Below, piece after piece: positions 55,229 to 64,000 of a stretch of DNA of 64,000 nucleotides. The DNA lies in contig JBDTME010000001.1 in NCBI GenBank assembly GCA_039934415.1, positions 137,417-201,416 on the forward strand, read 5' to 3'. The DNA is from Patescibacteria group bacterium. Lineage in GTDB: Bacteria > Patescibacteriota > Microgenomatia > UBA1400 > PJMF01. The notes under the pieces are model-generated. The model worked only from the letters and a program-made list of their open reading frames with translations. It was not told the origin of the DNA and searched no databases. The position numbers and the translations under genes are program-made. Numbering within the stretch: position 1 is the stretch's first letter; every line of letters starts with the position of its first letter.

Positions 55229-56933
55229 TTTTTGTTGTAGTGCTACTTGTCCATCTATGTTTCAAATACCCAAAACCCAGAGCGATGACTGATATCAAGG
55301 TGATTGAATTACCTATTATGCGAGCTGGTGTCCATTGGGTAAAGGTGGAATGAATCAGAAAAGTACCGATCGGGAGCTCAAACGCAATTCTGCCTTGAGT
55401 TAACTCAGTATTCAAATATTGCACATTTCTTGTTTTTCCATCAGAGCTAACTACACTTGTTTGCCAACCAGAAAATTTCATCGTTGGTTCAATGATTGTG
55501 CTGGGTGTTTCCAAAGATAAAGAGTAGGTACGATGTGAACCCGTCCAATCACTGACTGTTGACTCACCAACACCCTCTATTAATGGTCTTGGTTGCCAGT
55601 CGCCAATGTTTAAATATGTAAATTCTTTTGTTCTATTCTCATTTTGAGTTGAAGTGCTCTGGGGATACAAATCGTAATCAATTTGATTTCTATGAAAAAA
55701 ATCAACTGGTTTGAGCTGACCAATCACATACACAGTAATGAAGCATAGCGCTAACAAGACTTTTTTCAGGTTTCTTGAAATTAGACTTGATGATTCCGCC
55801 CATAATATGGGGACGAGTGCTCCCAAAAGAATAGAAAGTCTCCAAGGAAATTGAATAATCTGTAGTGTAGGCACTAACTTCCAAAAATAGAAAGAAGTGG
55901 GAGTCTGTAAAAATATAAGAATGAGCACTGTTGTTGTCCAGAGCAAGATTTTTGTGGGTACATGGACTTTTTTGAAGAACGACTTGAAAAGAATAATGCT
56001 TGAAATCCAGATGACAAACAAAGTACTTATTCCAAGTTGGAAGCCGAGTGAGTCTACTGGCCCTGGATTTGAGAATCCAAAACCTAGCTGGCCAAATGCC
56101 AACTGATTGATCGTGGCAAAGTGATCAAAGAAATGATTTGCAATTCCAGCATCTCTTACTACAGTTTGGCTTGCTTCAACAAGAGCAGGTAACCAAAACC
56201 AGAGCGATAACGCTAAGCTGTAGAAAAAATTGAGAAAAATTGCAAACACAGCTTTTTTATTTTTATTATCAAATATTTTTACTACAGCAAATAAAAGTAT
56301 GATTGGTAAGGATATAAGAACCGTAACATTGTGACTGAGTAAATAGAGAGATGAAATTGAGATTGTGAACAATGTAGGTTTTTGTTTTTTTATAAGTTCA
56401 TTGATTGACCAAAAAACCCAGGGCAAAAGAGAAGCAGCTAACAACTCTCCCATACTACCTCTGAATAAAATGAGATTAACAATGTACGGTTGAATGCCGA
56501 ACAGCACCATACCTATCACTATAATGAACAATGATTTTCGTTCACTATGAAGCAATTTGTATACTCCCAACAATCCTCCGATGAAACTCATGATACTAAT
56601 TATTTTAAAAGTGGTTTCTGGATTTACCTTGATGAGGCTAAATGGGACTGACAAGAGATTAGGTAATGGATAATTAAAATTGAAGACGGGATATCCGTAG
56701 TGATTCATAAGATTCGGGGCGAATCTCGGCGGAAACTGACCTTCCTTTAAAGCAATTTTATAATTTGCAAAACGAGCAAGATGGTTTTCACCATCATTGG
56801 TATACGGGAATCCAGAACGGAAGTATGTGTGGAATACGACTAAAGTAAGCGAAAATATTAATAGGCTTAAGAGTACTCTCTTCATAGGATATTTCGATAA
56901 ACTTGTACTGTCTCTTGAGCAGCTTTTTTCCAC
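55221..56933 (-). CDS. Polytopic membrane protein with C-terminal extracytoplasmic domain (GT-C-like)
   Basis: 570 aa. First loop 'GFPYTNDGENHLARF' is acidic. The C-terminal roughly 170 aa are soluble. Confidence 0.35.
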   Translation of the reverse strand: MEKSCSRDSTSLSKYPMKRVLLSLLIFSLTLVVFHTYFRSGFPYTNDGENHLARFANYKIALKEGQFPPRFAPNLMNHYGYPVFNFNYPLPNLLSVPFSLIKVNPETTFKIISIMSFIGGLLGVYKLLHSERKSLFIIVIGMVLFGIQPYIVNLILFRGSMGELLAASLLPWVFWSINELIKKQKPTLFTISISSLYLLSHNVTVLISLPIILLFAVVKIFDNKNKKAVFAIFLNFFYSLALSLWFWLPALVEASQTVVRDAGIANHFFDHFATINQLAFGQLGFGFSNPGPVDSLGFQLGISTLFVIWISSIILFKSFFKKVHVPTKILLWTTTVLILIFLQTPTSFYFWKLVPTLQIIQFPWRLSILLGALVPILWAESSSLISRNLKKVLLALCFITVYVIGQLKPVDFFHRNQIDYDLYPQSTSTQNENRTKEFTYLNIGDWQPRPLIEGVGESTVSDWTGSHRTYSLSLETPSTIIEPTMKFSGWQTSVVSSDGKTRNVQYLNTELTQGRIAFELPIGTFLIHSTFTQWTPARIIGNSITLISVIALGFGYLKHRWTSSTTTKNG

Positions 56934-58003
56934 GAAAAACGGTATAACGTTTCGTTATTCAGAGCTACTCTCTTGTTTTTTTCGGCTGAGGATAAATTTA
57001 TTACCCGTTTGATACCATTAGCGATATCAGCGTGTTGTAATCCAACAAATTCAACACCATTACCTCCTATCTCAAGCAACGCAGGTGTGTTGCTCGAAAT
57101 AACTTGAGTACCACACTGCATAGCCTCAAGTAGTGGCAGACCAAAGCCTTCGTATAATGATGGTTGTACATACGCTTCTGCTGCAGTGTAGATAGCTGAG
57201 AGCGATTCTGTATCTTCTTTAGGAACATTGGTTATAAAGTGCACACGATTAGATACAGAGCTAAGTTGTACTTCAATTGCTTTCCATTCAGGGATAGGAA
57301 GAGGCTTAAAATTTGCTCCTACACAAACTAAGTGAATATTTGAATCAACTAAAGCTAAAGCCTTTACTAATTCTGGGATATTCTTGTTATAGTTGATATC
57401 CCCTACGTATAACAAATATTGATTAGGAAGATCATATCTTTTCCTGATTTGAGCTACGACGTGTGCAGAGCTTTTTTTAATTTCTGGATTGCCAGCTAAT
57501 GGAATTGCGGTGATTTTTTGCTGTGGGACTGGCAAATATCTAGTAATGTCTTGTTTTGAAGTTTGTGAGTCGGTTATGACAGCTGCGACACTTTTCAGTG
57601 CTTGTTTTTGTAAAAATAAACCAACATTGCCAGCAATACCTACTGGGTAGTGTGTAGGATAAAGCAAAGGAATCACATCATGAATTGTTACTACGACCTT
57701 CTGTGAGCTTCTGCCTAGGAACTGGTTTATGGCAGGTAATGGCAGTGTTTGTTGAAATAAATTGAAGTAGGGATAGTGAATAATATCAATCCCTTTTTTA
57801 CTCATGAAAGCATTAAATTGCTCCAATCCAATATCTTCACTTGTAAAATATTCATCTTGAGTGTTTTGCAGTTTTTCTAATTCTTGTGACAGGAATTTGG
57901 TATACACTCCAACACCTCTAATGGCATTAGCATTGCGTAGTGGAGATGTTTCGAGTAAAACCTTCATGTTAACTCCTTGTTCTTTTTTTCGAGCAATTCC
58001 CAA
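56882..58003 (-). CDS. Family 4 glycosyltransferase (GT-B)
   Basis: 373 aa. 'YLLYVGDINYNKN...EGFGLPLLEA' with E-x7-E. Confidence 0.65.
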   Translation of the reverse strand: MGIARKKEQGVNMKVLLETSPLRNANAIRGVGVYTKFLSQELEKLQNTQDEYFTSEDIGLEQFNAFMSKKGIDIIHYPYFNLFQQTLPLPAINQFLGRSSQKVVVTIHDVIPLLYPTHYPVGIAGNVGLFLQKQALKSVAAVITDSQTSKQDITRYLPVPQQKITAIPLAGNPEIKKSSAHVVAQIRKRYDLPNQYLLYVGDINYNKNIPELVKALALVDSNIHLVCVGANFKPLPIPEWKAIEVQLSSVSNRVHFITNVPKEDTESLSAIYTAAEAYVQPSLYEGFGLPLLEAMQCGTQVISSNTPALLEIGGNGVEFVGLQHADIANGIKRVINLSSAEKNKRVALNNETLYRFSWKKAAQETVQVYRNIL

Positions 58004-58758
58004 AGTTTTAGATATGACACAGGAAAATATAGGCCGCTATAGAGAGCAAACACAAACCCTGGGTAGCCGTCTACAAAGCCTTTGTGTCGAATGAATATGC
58101 TTAAAAAAATCATTAGAGGTTTGAATACCAAGTAAACGATGGTGTTTTTGATACTTATGTTGACTTTAGCTTCCCGCAACTGAGTTGCTTTTAATGACGT
58201 GTAATCATTCCACTTTCGCAAATATTCAGTAAACGTCGGGCTGCTGTAGTGAAGCAAATGACCATCTGCCCAACCTAAGTCACCATCTACATCCATTTGT
58301 TCGTGCACATCTTTTTGTGGCAAACGAGCTTTGCCGTTTTGGTACAAACGAATAACTGGATCTGGATATTGACCACCTTTTGTTAAAAATTTATTTAAGA
58401 ACCAATTTTTTCTTTTTATCCACCAGGCACTTGGCAGTTTTTTTTCATCGTGATGCATCATCTTCGTATGAACTTGCTGTATGAAATTAGCTAACTCATC
58501 ATCAACTACCTCATCGGCATCAAGCTGTAGTACTAACTCACCTTTCGCTTCGTTCATCGCCAACTGCTTGTTAATATGAAAAACTGGTTTGTTTGTGGTC
58601 TTTATTACTCTGGCACCAAGTTTTTTAGCAATTTCAACCGTATTATCAGTCGATGTACCATCAACCACAATTATTTCATCAGTAAATTTTTTTACCGATT
58701 GTAAACAACGAGCAATATTTTTCTCTTCATTGTATGTAGCTAGAACAACTGAAATCAT
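57964..58758 (-). CDS. Family 2 glycosyltransferase
   Basis: 264 aa. 'MISVVLATYNEEKNIARCLQSV...IIVVDGTSTDNT...LQLDADE' are textbook GT2 motifs. Confidence 0.7.
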   Translation of the reverse strand: MISVVLATYNEEKNIARCLQSVKKFTDEIIVVDGTSTDNTVEIAKKLGARVIKTTNKPVFHINKQLAMNEAKGELVLQLDADEVVDDELANFIQQVHTKMMHHDEKKLPSAWWIKRKNWFLNKFLTKGGQYPDPVIRLYQNGKARLPQKDVHEQMDVDGDLGWADGHLLHYSSPTFTEYLRKWNDYTSLKATQLREAKVNISIKNTIVYLVFKPLMIFLSIFIRHKGFVDGYPGFVFALYSGLYFPVSYLKLWELLEKKNKELT

Positions 58759-58774
58759 ATTTTTTTATAAACAA

Positions 58775-60385
58775 TTATAATAATTTCCAATGTCCATCCA
58801 TTTGGTCTCTAAAAATTAGCCACTTTTTGTCTGGAAACGGATCATCGTCGTGGTAGATAAAATAATATCTACCGATGTGATTTACCCTATACAACCCTAC
58901 TGTGTCAGGTCCGCTACGCTCAATCGTCTCAATTGCTTCAGTAGCTGGAATCTTTTCGTACCAAGCCACAATCACATACATATACCAGCCTAGGTCAATG
59001 ATACCAACATTTCCTGTAGGATGTTGGACGGTTAACTCAGTAAAAACAGGCAGAAATCCGAGTTGAAAATCAGGTGAAAATTGAGTTGGCCATACTACGA
59101 AGTATTGAAAGACATATCGGCTTGATTCGAAAATCAAAAAAGCAAAGAGCAAGCCAATTCCACACTGCTGAATGAGCCTCTTTTGTGTAGTTAGAAAGAG
59201 TTGAAGAGAATTAAATCCTATTGCTGCGAATACTGTGATCATTAAAAAGGTGAAGAGACTTCTGGTGGCGTGAGGTGAGTCAATAGTAAAGATAGATGGC
59301 AAAGGTGAGATCAGGAGATAGAAGAATGGTAACAAACGAAAAATCAAAACCCTTATTTTCTTGATGTCTTTCTTTTTTACTGCAAAAAATAATTCTTGCA
59401 AAATCCACAATTGAGAAATAACACCTACCAAAAATAGAATATAAATAGTCCAGTACAAATGACCTTGACCTAGTATTGAGTGCCAAGGATGTTGTCCACC
59501 ATGAATAATGAGAAAGTTGGGTAAAAAAGTATCGATGTAATGTTGTACTGCAATACCTGCAAAATAAACGTATTTACTCCCTAAAAATGGTGTCAAGAGA
59601 GTAGGTAAGGTATTTCTATATACTGGATACTCTGCCAAAACGTTTGCATCCTTGAAAAACAAAATATCAGATTTTTGAGTATTATTCTGATCAAATACTT
59701 TGAATATGACTACAAAAACAAGTGCGAATAAGCTGACAGGCAGCAACCATTTTTTGTACTGCTTTACACCCCTAAACAGCGGAATTGTTAACACAAAGAA
59801 AGGTAATAAAAGAAAAGGTGAGTTGTATGTCATTGCAGCACCAACGTAGATCAGAACTGCTGTAATATCTTTTACAAAAGAATACTGTCTATGATGAAGT
59901 AGCCATAGCGATGACATCATTAGTGCTAAGGCTAGATTTGCTTCCCACGCCATTCTTGAATAAAAAATAGCAAAAGGAGCAGTTGACAGAGCTAAAATAA
60001 AAAAAAGATAAAACAAACCACTTTGTTTTGTAAGGAATAACTGTTTTAACCAGAGAGCTGAGATGATGATGAGTACAATTCCTGAGATAGCAGCAGGCAG
60101 ACGTACGACAAAATCATTAGTTTGAAATTGAAATAGACCGGCAAGTAAATATATATATCCTGGTAATTTATAATCACCCAAAGATTTGAATTGTAACGGT
60201 GAATGTACATTCCATTCATCCACAGCTGCTTGTTTAATATACAAAGCATTAATTGCTAAAGCAGCCTCATCTCTGTTGAGTTGAGGTGGATATCGATCAA
60301 GTTTATATAGCCGTACTACTGCAGCAAAAATTAAGATAACAAAAATCATGCCAGTCAAAAAAAATTTCTGCTTTTTCTTATTCAT
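58775..60385 (-). CDS. GT-C fold membrane glycosyltransferase (PMT_2/ArnT-like), tandem paralog 3 of 3
   Basis: 536 aa. 'NRDEAALAINA' DE loop, 'YSRMAWEANLALAL' and 'PHATRSL' (nt 59255-59275). Overlaps the upstream paralog by 8 nt. Confidence 0.55.
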   Translation of the reverse strand: MNKKKQKFFLTGMIFVILIFAAVVRLYKLDRYPPQLNRDEAALAINALYIKQAAVDEWNVHSPLQFKSLGDYKLPGYIYLLAGLFQFQTNDFVVRLPAAISGIVLIIISALWLKQLFLTKQSGLFYLFFILALSTAPFAIFYSRMAWEANLALALMMSSLWLLHHRQYSFVKDITAVLIYVGAAMTYNSPFLLLPFFVLTIPLFRGVKQYKKWLLPVSLFALVFVVIFKVFDQNNTQKSDILFFKDANVLAEYPVYRNTLPTLLTPFLGSKYVYFAGIAVQHYIDTFLPNFLIIHGGQHPWHSILGQGHLYWTIYILFLVGVISQLWILQELFFAVKKKDIKKIRVLIFRLLPFFYLLISPLPSIFTIDSPHATRSLFTFLMITVFAAIGFNSLQLFLTTQKRLIQQCGIGLLFAFLIFESSRYVFQYFVVWPTQFSPDFQLGFLPVFTELTVQHPTGNVGIIDLGWYMYVIVAWYEKIPATEAIETIERSGPDTVGLYRVNHIGRYYFIYHDDDPFPDKKWLIFRDQMDGHWKLL

Positions 60386-62111
60386 AAAATCCTACTTCAA
60401 ACTTTGGTAAGCCATAACTATCATTGATTATTTTCTTATGAGTTGGCTCGAATTCAAGAGAGCCCGCTCGGGTGACTATAATAAACGGTTTAACTGCTGT
60501 GGGATATCTATCCTTCGGGTACGCTTTATATTCAATGTTTTCCCATGATTTGAGGATTAGTTCATGCTGCATAGCTACTTGTATTTCTTGAACTGTCAAA
60601 TCACCATAAGCCAGATACCAGAGAAAGAAACGATCATCTTCTATATTTATCCAAATTTTGTCATATTTGTTTCGATTTTGATCTACAGTTAATACAATAT
60701 CTTTGTATCCTTGTTGCCACCACATGGCACTTTTGACAGGATACACGTAAAAATAATCAACAACAAACATGATTAGTTGATAACTAACGAGCAAAATGAC
60801 AGCGTACAACACTGCTTGTTTTGTTCTTTGTTTCTTCAATGAGTGAAAACAATTTACGAAAGGAACTGCACCAATTGCCATCAGTAAAATAATGGGAGTG
60901 AGAGCATTCAGTGACCGCAGCGCGTGGGGGGTATCAGTCGGGACTGAAGCTGGCAGTAACGCAATCAGCCACCAAATACTGAGAAAAACAAGCACATTGG
61001 GCTGTTTTTTAACTCCATAATAAATACCTGAGACTAGTAAAGGTAAACTGAAAAGTAAGAACAGACCGTGTTCCCCTGTGCTATGTCGTAAGTTAGGATC
61101 ACCAGTCAAGAATAAGAAGGACAAATCAAAATGATCACTATAGTTTTCAAGTAAGCTTTGAATCTGCAAAAGCCAACCATGATAAAGCACTCTAGAGACA
61201 GTGTTATTTCCAGTTACATCTCTGAGCGCGTTGGATTGAATATTGTAAGGTGTTGGATCAAGAATAGAACTCGCACTCAGCCGAAACTGTTGACTGGCAG
61301 CATAATATGGTGAGGAAAAAATGGGAATCAATCCAATTCCCCATATGACCAAACAGACCAGATAAGGCAAACTGGACAGAAATAAATTTTTTACAAGATT
61401 CAAAGGTTTTCTCCACAGACTCCACTTCTCAATCGAAACAAAACAAAACCAAAAACATATGACTAGCACGGGCCAAACAAAGCGAACACTGTAGTACGAG
61501 TAAACACCAGCGATTGCCAATAAAACACTTCCAATCAACCATTTCTTTGATTTCAATGACAGCATCAAACAAAGTACAGCAGTCGTTACTAAAAACTGAC
61601 CGGTATATCCTTCAAATCCCGTTCGGGAAAATAAAATACTCCAGGGGCTGATAGCAACAATAAACCAACCAAGTAGTGAAACTCTCCAGCTCATTTTATC
61701 AGTTAGCCTTCTTTGAGTTAGCTCTCTCAATAATATGAAAACGACAAGGCCTTGCAACACTCCAACAACGGCACTTGGTAATCTCAATGTGAATTCACTT
61801 GATCCAAGTAATTTGAAAGAAAGACTTGCTAGCCAGATATACATGGGTAACTTGTAGTCTCCATAGGAAAGAAAGATGGTTTGAAAAGCTGAGTCACCAT
61901 GCATATCCTTTAAAGTTTGAGATATGGTTTTAGCATCAATAAATATCGCAGTCTCATCCCAGTACAAACCAACTGGAATTTTCCCTAATTGCCAAAATCG
62001 CAAGAAAATACTCAGTAAAAAAATACCTACTGATAAGAAAAAAACTTGTTTATGCTCAATATCTAATTTCTTCATAAGGCATTCAATGTATTTAGTTCGC
62101 CCTGTATACAA
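60378..62111 (-). CDS. GT-C fold membrane glycosyltransferase (PMT_2/ArnT-like), tandem paralog 2 of 3
   Basis: 577 aa. 'YWDETAIFIDA' DE loop, 'FSRTGFEGYTGQ' and 'PHALRSL' (nt 60909-60929). Confidence 0.55.
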   Translation of the reverse strand: MYTGRTKYIECLMKKLDIEHKQVFFLSVGIFLLSIFLRFWQLGKIPVGLYWDETAIFIDAKTISQTLKDMHGDSAFQTIFLSYGDYKLPMYIWLASLSFKLLGSSEFTLRLPSAVVGVLQGLVVFILLRELTQRRLTDKMSWRVSLLGWFIVAISPWSILFSRTGFEGYTGQFLVTTAVLCLMLSLKSKKWLIGSVLLAIAGVYSYYSVRFVWPVLVICFWFCFVSIEKWSLWRKPLNLVKNLFLSSLPYLVCLVIWGIGLIPIFSSPYYAASQQFRLSASSILDPTPYNIQSNALRDVTGNNTVSRVLYHGWLLQIQSLLENYSDHFDLSFLFLTGDPNLRHSTGEHGLFLLFSLPLLVSGIYYGVKKQPNVLVFLSIWWLIALLPASVPTDTPHALRSLNALTPIILLMAIGAVPFVNCFHSLKKQRTKQAVLYAVILLVSYQLIMFVVDYFYVYPVKSAMWWQQGYKDIVLTVDQNRNKYDKIWINIEDDRFFLWYLAYGDLTVQEIQVAMQHELILKSWENIEYKAYPKDRYPTAVKPFIIVTRAGSLEFEPTHKKIINDSYGLPKFEVGFYE

Positions 62112-63789
62112 GCCAGACTGGCTGACCCTTTAAATCCATAATTGTTTCAATTTCAGTTACATCTGAGAAAAACTGACGCTGCTTATATGTACTAGCAATC
62201 AAACCTTTTTCGTTCCCTGTTAGACTGTCAGAGAAGGTCACATTTTTAAAATTTAAGAATTCGCCTTGATCTTTTGGCGCTGCTGCGTTTTCAGATTGAA
62301 CATCACTTGGGTTAGTTTTTGAAAAAAACCAATAGTACATTGCAGGTCTGCCATACTCACGGGTAATATATACTTTTTCTCCTGATTGCGAGTTATTTTG
62401 AATGCTCTCAACCATTTGCTGATACCCATATTGCCACTCACTAGCATATAGCTTGGGATACGCGAGGAAGTAAAAGTTCAAGTACATGATTAATTCGATA
62501 CAAAATAACACAGCGACACCACTAAGTAGTATCTTTGAAAATGGCATTTTTCTTATATATTGAATAAGAGCAAATAGCCCTAACCCAAGTACACTCATAT
62601 ACACTGGCAAAATAGGTAATGTTCGCAATGCGTGAGGAACCGGCAGAGCTAATGAAGCTGGAATGAGGCCAATAACCCACCAGAGCCATAAAAAATGGTA
62701 TTTGCCTTGCCACTTTTTAATAAGCGTAAAAAGACTAAGAATTAGCAGTACAAAATCAGTGGGAAAGAATAAACCGAAGTACTGAATGGAGTGCCTAAAA
62801 TTTTGATCACCAGATAGAAAAAGAAAATCCAGACGTAAATGAGTAGCAGCGTTGATCATAATTGTTCTTAAGTAGAACCAATACCGATGGAAAAGCAGTT
62901 TTGTTACTACGTTCGATCCAAATTGTTGCATGTAAAAATTGCTTTCCAACACCTCTTTGCCTGTACTAAAAGTCGAGGTTTCTTGTAAACGATGGCCAAC
63001 ACTTGGATCACGAATGAACAACAAAATGGGTAACATTAACCCAAAAGCTAATACTGCAAGCATGCAGATTTGTTTCCAGTTTGTCTTGTACCGTACAATT
63101 AAAGGATATGCTAATACAATTCCGAGCAGCGGAGCGATCACCCGTGTTGCATGGTAGGTGTATGCTGATAAAACAAATAAAAGAACTGTCAAAGTGTAAA
63201 AAGAAAGCATCGCTTTTTTTTGATTCGGTTGAGATTGGACAATACTTCCTGCTCGCAATCCAAAATACACTCCGATACTCAATAACGCGGTCGCTAAATT
63301 CACTTCCCATCCTCCTCTAGAAAATTGTATTGCCCAAGGAGAAAAGCAAGTGATAATCATCGTAAGTATTTCTGGTTGAATCAGGGTTCTCCCCCATCCC
63401 ATCTCACTAGAATTATGAAGTTCTTCAGATTGGAACAAGAGACCAGCTATCTTGCCAGAAAAATAAACAATGAGAACGCCAGCAATCACTGAAGGTATCC
63501 GGACAGACCAGACTGATAAACCAAACACAAATAAAAAAGGAATGATGGAATAGAAATATAAGGCAGGTTTATAATCTCCGAACGACTCAAATGCCACAAC
63601 TGGAAACCAATGCCCATGATGGTCCATGCCAGTTTTTAAAACAGAATACGCATCATAACCCAACGCAGCTTCTTCCCAATATAGAGAGGGTGGGGTCACA
63701 TTCAATTTATATATTCTCAGCACAAGGCTTACCATTAAAATGACGAGAATTAACCCTGCTTTTTTTGAGAATTGAAATGGGATGCGCAT
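62092..63789 (-). CDS. GT-C fold membrane glycosyltransferase (PMT_2/ArnT-like), tandem paralog 1 of 3
   Basis: 565 aa. 'YWEEAALGYDA' EE/DE loop, 'FSRGGWEVNLATAL' and 'PHALRTL' (nt 62617-62637). Soluble C-terminal domain. Confidence 0.55.
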   Translation of the reverse strand: MRIPFQFSKKAGLILVILMVSLVLRIYKLNVTPPSLYWEEAALGYDAYSVLKTGMDHHGHWFPVVAFESFGDYKPALYFYSIIPFLFVFGLSVWSVRIPSVIAGVLIVYFSGKIAGLLFQSEELHNSSEMGWGRTLIQPEILTMIITCFSPWAIQFSRGGWEVNLATALLSIGVYFGLRAGSIVQSQPNQKKAMLSFYTLTVLLFVLSAYTYHATRVIAPLLGIVLAYPLIVRYKTNWKQICMLAVLAFGLMLPILLFIRDPSVGHRLQETSTFSTGKEVLESNFYMQQFGSNVVTKLLFHRYWFYLRTIMINAATHLRLDFLFLSGDQNFRHSIQYFGLFFPTDFVLLILSLFTLIKKWQGKYHFLWLWWVIGLIPASLALPVPHALRTLPILPVYMSVLGLGLFALIQYIRKMPFSKILLSGVAVLFCIELIMYLNFYFLAYPKLYASEWQYGYQQMVESIQNNSQSGEKVYITREYGRPAMYYWFFSKTNPSDVQSENAAAPKDQGEFLNFKNVTFSDSLTGNEKGLIASTYKQRQFFSDVTEIETIMDLKGQPVWLVYRAN

Positions 63790-63799
63790 GTAATATGAA

Positions 63800-63994
63800 T
63801 TACTTAGTATTTTGAAACTCAGAAAGTTCTAGTTTTCCAAAATAAAAATTTTCTTTTGCAGGACCTAACCTGTCCTCAAACGATTGATCTAACTCTTTCT
63901 TCATCCAGTCTTGTACGCCTGGCTCAGCCTCTTTAATCGTAAAATGGAGCTCTGCTGGTTCTTCAACTTTTGTTAGTAACTCAGCGCCAGGCAC
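63800..63994 (-). CDS. 3' end of an unidentified gene, truncated by the window edge
   Basis: The open frame runs to the window end. The 64-aa C-terminal fragment is acidic/Lys-rich with no recognisable motif. Confidence 0.25.
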   Translation of the reverse strand: MPGAELLTKVEEPAELHFTIKEAEPGVQDWMKKELDQSFEDRLGPAKENFYFGKLELSEFQNTK

Positions 63995-64000
63995 GTCAAC

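Noticed and set aside
1630-63310. Numerous 60-140-aa ORFs on the opposite strand inside large genes, for example 1630-1845, 3183-3642, 4646-5065, 15405-15788, 16747-17091, 23338-23763, 39608-40039, 52210-52482, 63008-63310.
   Set aside because: Each lies fully inside a longer ORF that has clear family-level motifs. Their amino-acid compositions look like random antisense translations, and none has a recognisable domain. I treat them as spurious.
1-64000. Alternative genetic code, such as code 25 with UGA read as Gly in Gracilibacteria or Absconditabacteria, given the CPR-like character.
   Set aside because: Standard-code ORFs are long and contiguous and end right before the next gene's start. 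Conserved motifs are intact, and I saw no in-frame TGA interruptions needing readthrough. Code 11 fits.
1-64000. CRISPR arrays, tRNA or rRNA genes, and transposases, integrases or prophage genes.
   Set aside because: I noticed no regularly spaced direct repeats. No intergenic region is long enough for a tRNA except 40885-41217, which lacks tRNA features. No protein has integrase or transposase motifs.

Overview
Dense, AT-rich bacterial window with about 56 protein-coding genes, almost no intergenic space and no rRNA, tRNA, CRISPR array or mobile element visible. Convergent gene pairs abut or overlap by a few nucleotides, which fits a streamlined, CPR/Patescibacteria-like genome (my inference; I ran no GC or codon statistics). 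The content falls into four parts. (1) 227-7014, plus strand: an alpha-glucan/glycogen operon. It encodes a glycogen-synthase-like GT, a GH57 enzyme, a GH15 glucoamylase-like enzyme, a BadF/ROK-type sugar kinase and glucose-6-phosphate isomerase. (2) A roughly 55-kb surface-glycan or protein-glycosylation island, 7011-63789. It carries at least 9, possibly 12, polytopic GT-C-fold (PMT_2/ArnT-like) membrane glycosyltransferases, including a tandem triplet at 58.8-63.8 kb. It also carries about 7 GT2 and about 6 GT4 enzymes, two Wzx-like flippases, a Wzy_C/O-antigen-ligase (PglL/WaaL-like) protein, small 4-TM GtrA-like proteins and an MBOAT plus DltD-like SGNH O-acylation pair. Nucleotide-sugar enzymes include UXS, Fcl, a PseB/CapD-like 4,6-dehydratase, an RmlD-like reductase, a GalE-like epimerase, a DegT aminotransferase, GNAT and hexapeptide acetyltransferases and a SAM methyltransferase. 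(3) Housekeeping genes ruvC-ruvA-ruvB and greA sit inside the island. (4) A compact flavin-trafficking module at 18.8-22.9 kb: an LMW-phosphatase-like protein, ApbE FAD:protein FMN transferase, an FMN-binding lipoprotein with a perfect AGGAGG Shine-Dalgarno, a divergent RnfD/NqrB-like membrane protein and a flavodoxin. It resembles a minimal flavinylated extracytoplasmic electron-transfer system. The likeliest novel systems are this flavinylation module in a CPR-like genome and the Wzy_C ligase plus GT-C-expanded glycosylation machinery, with repeated GT2 / small-flippase / GT-C (Gtr-like) triads.
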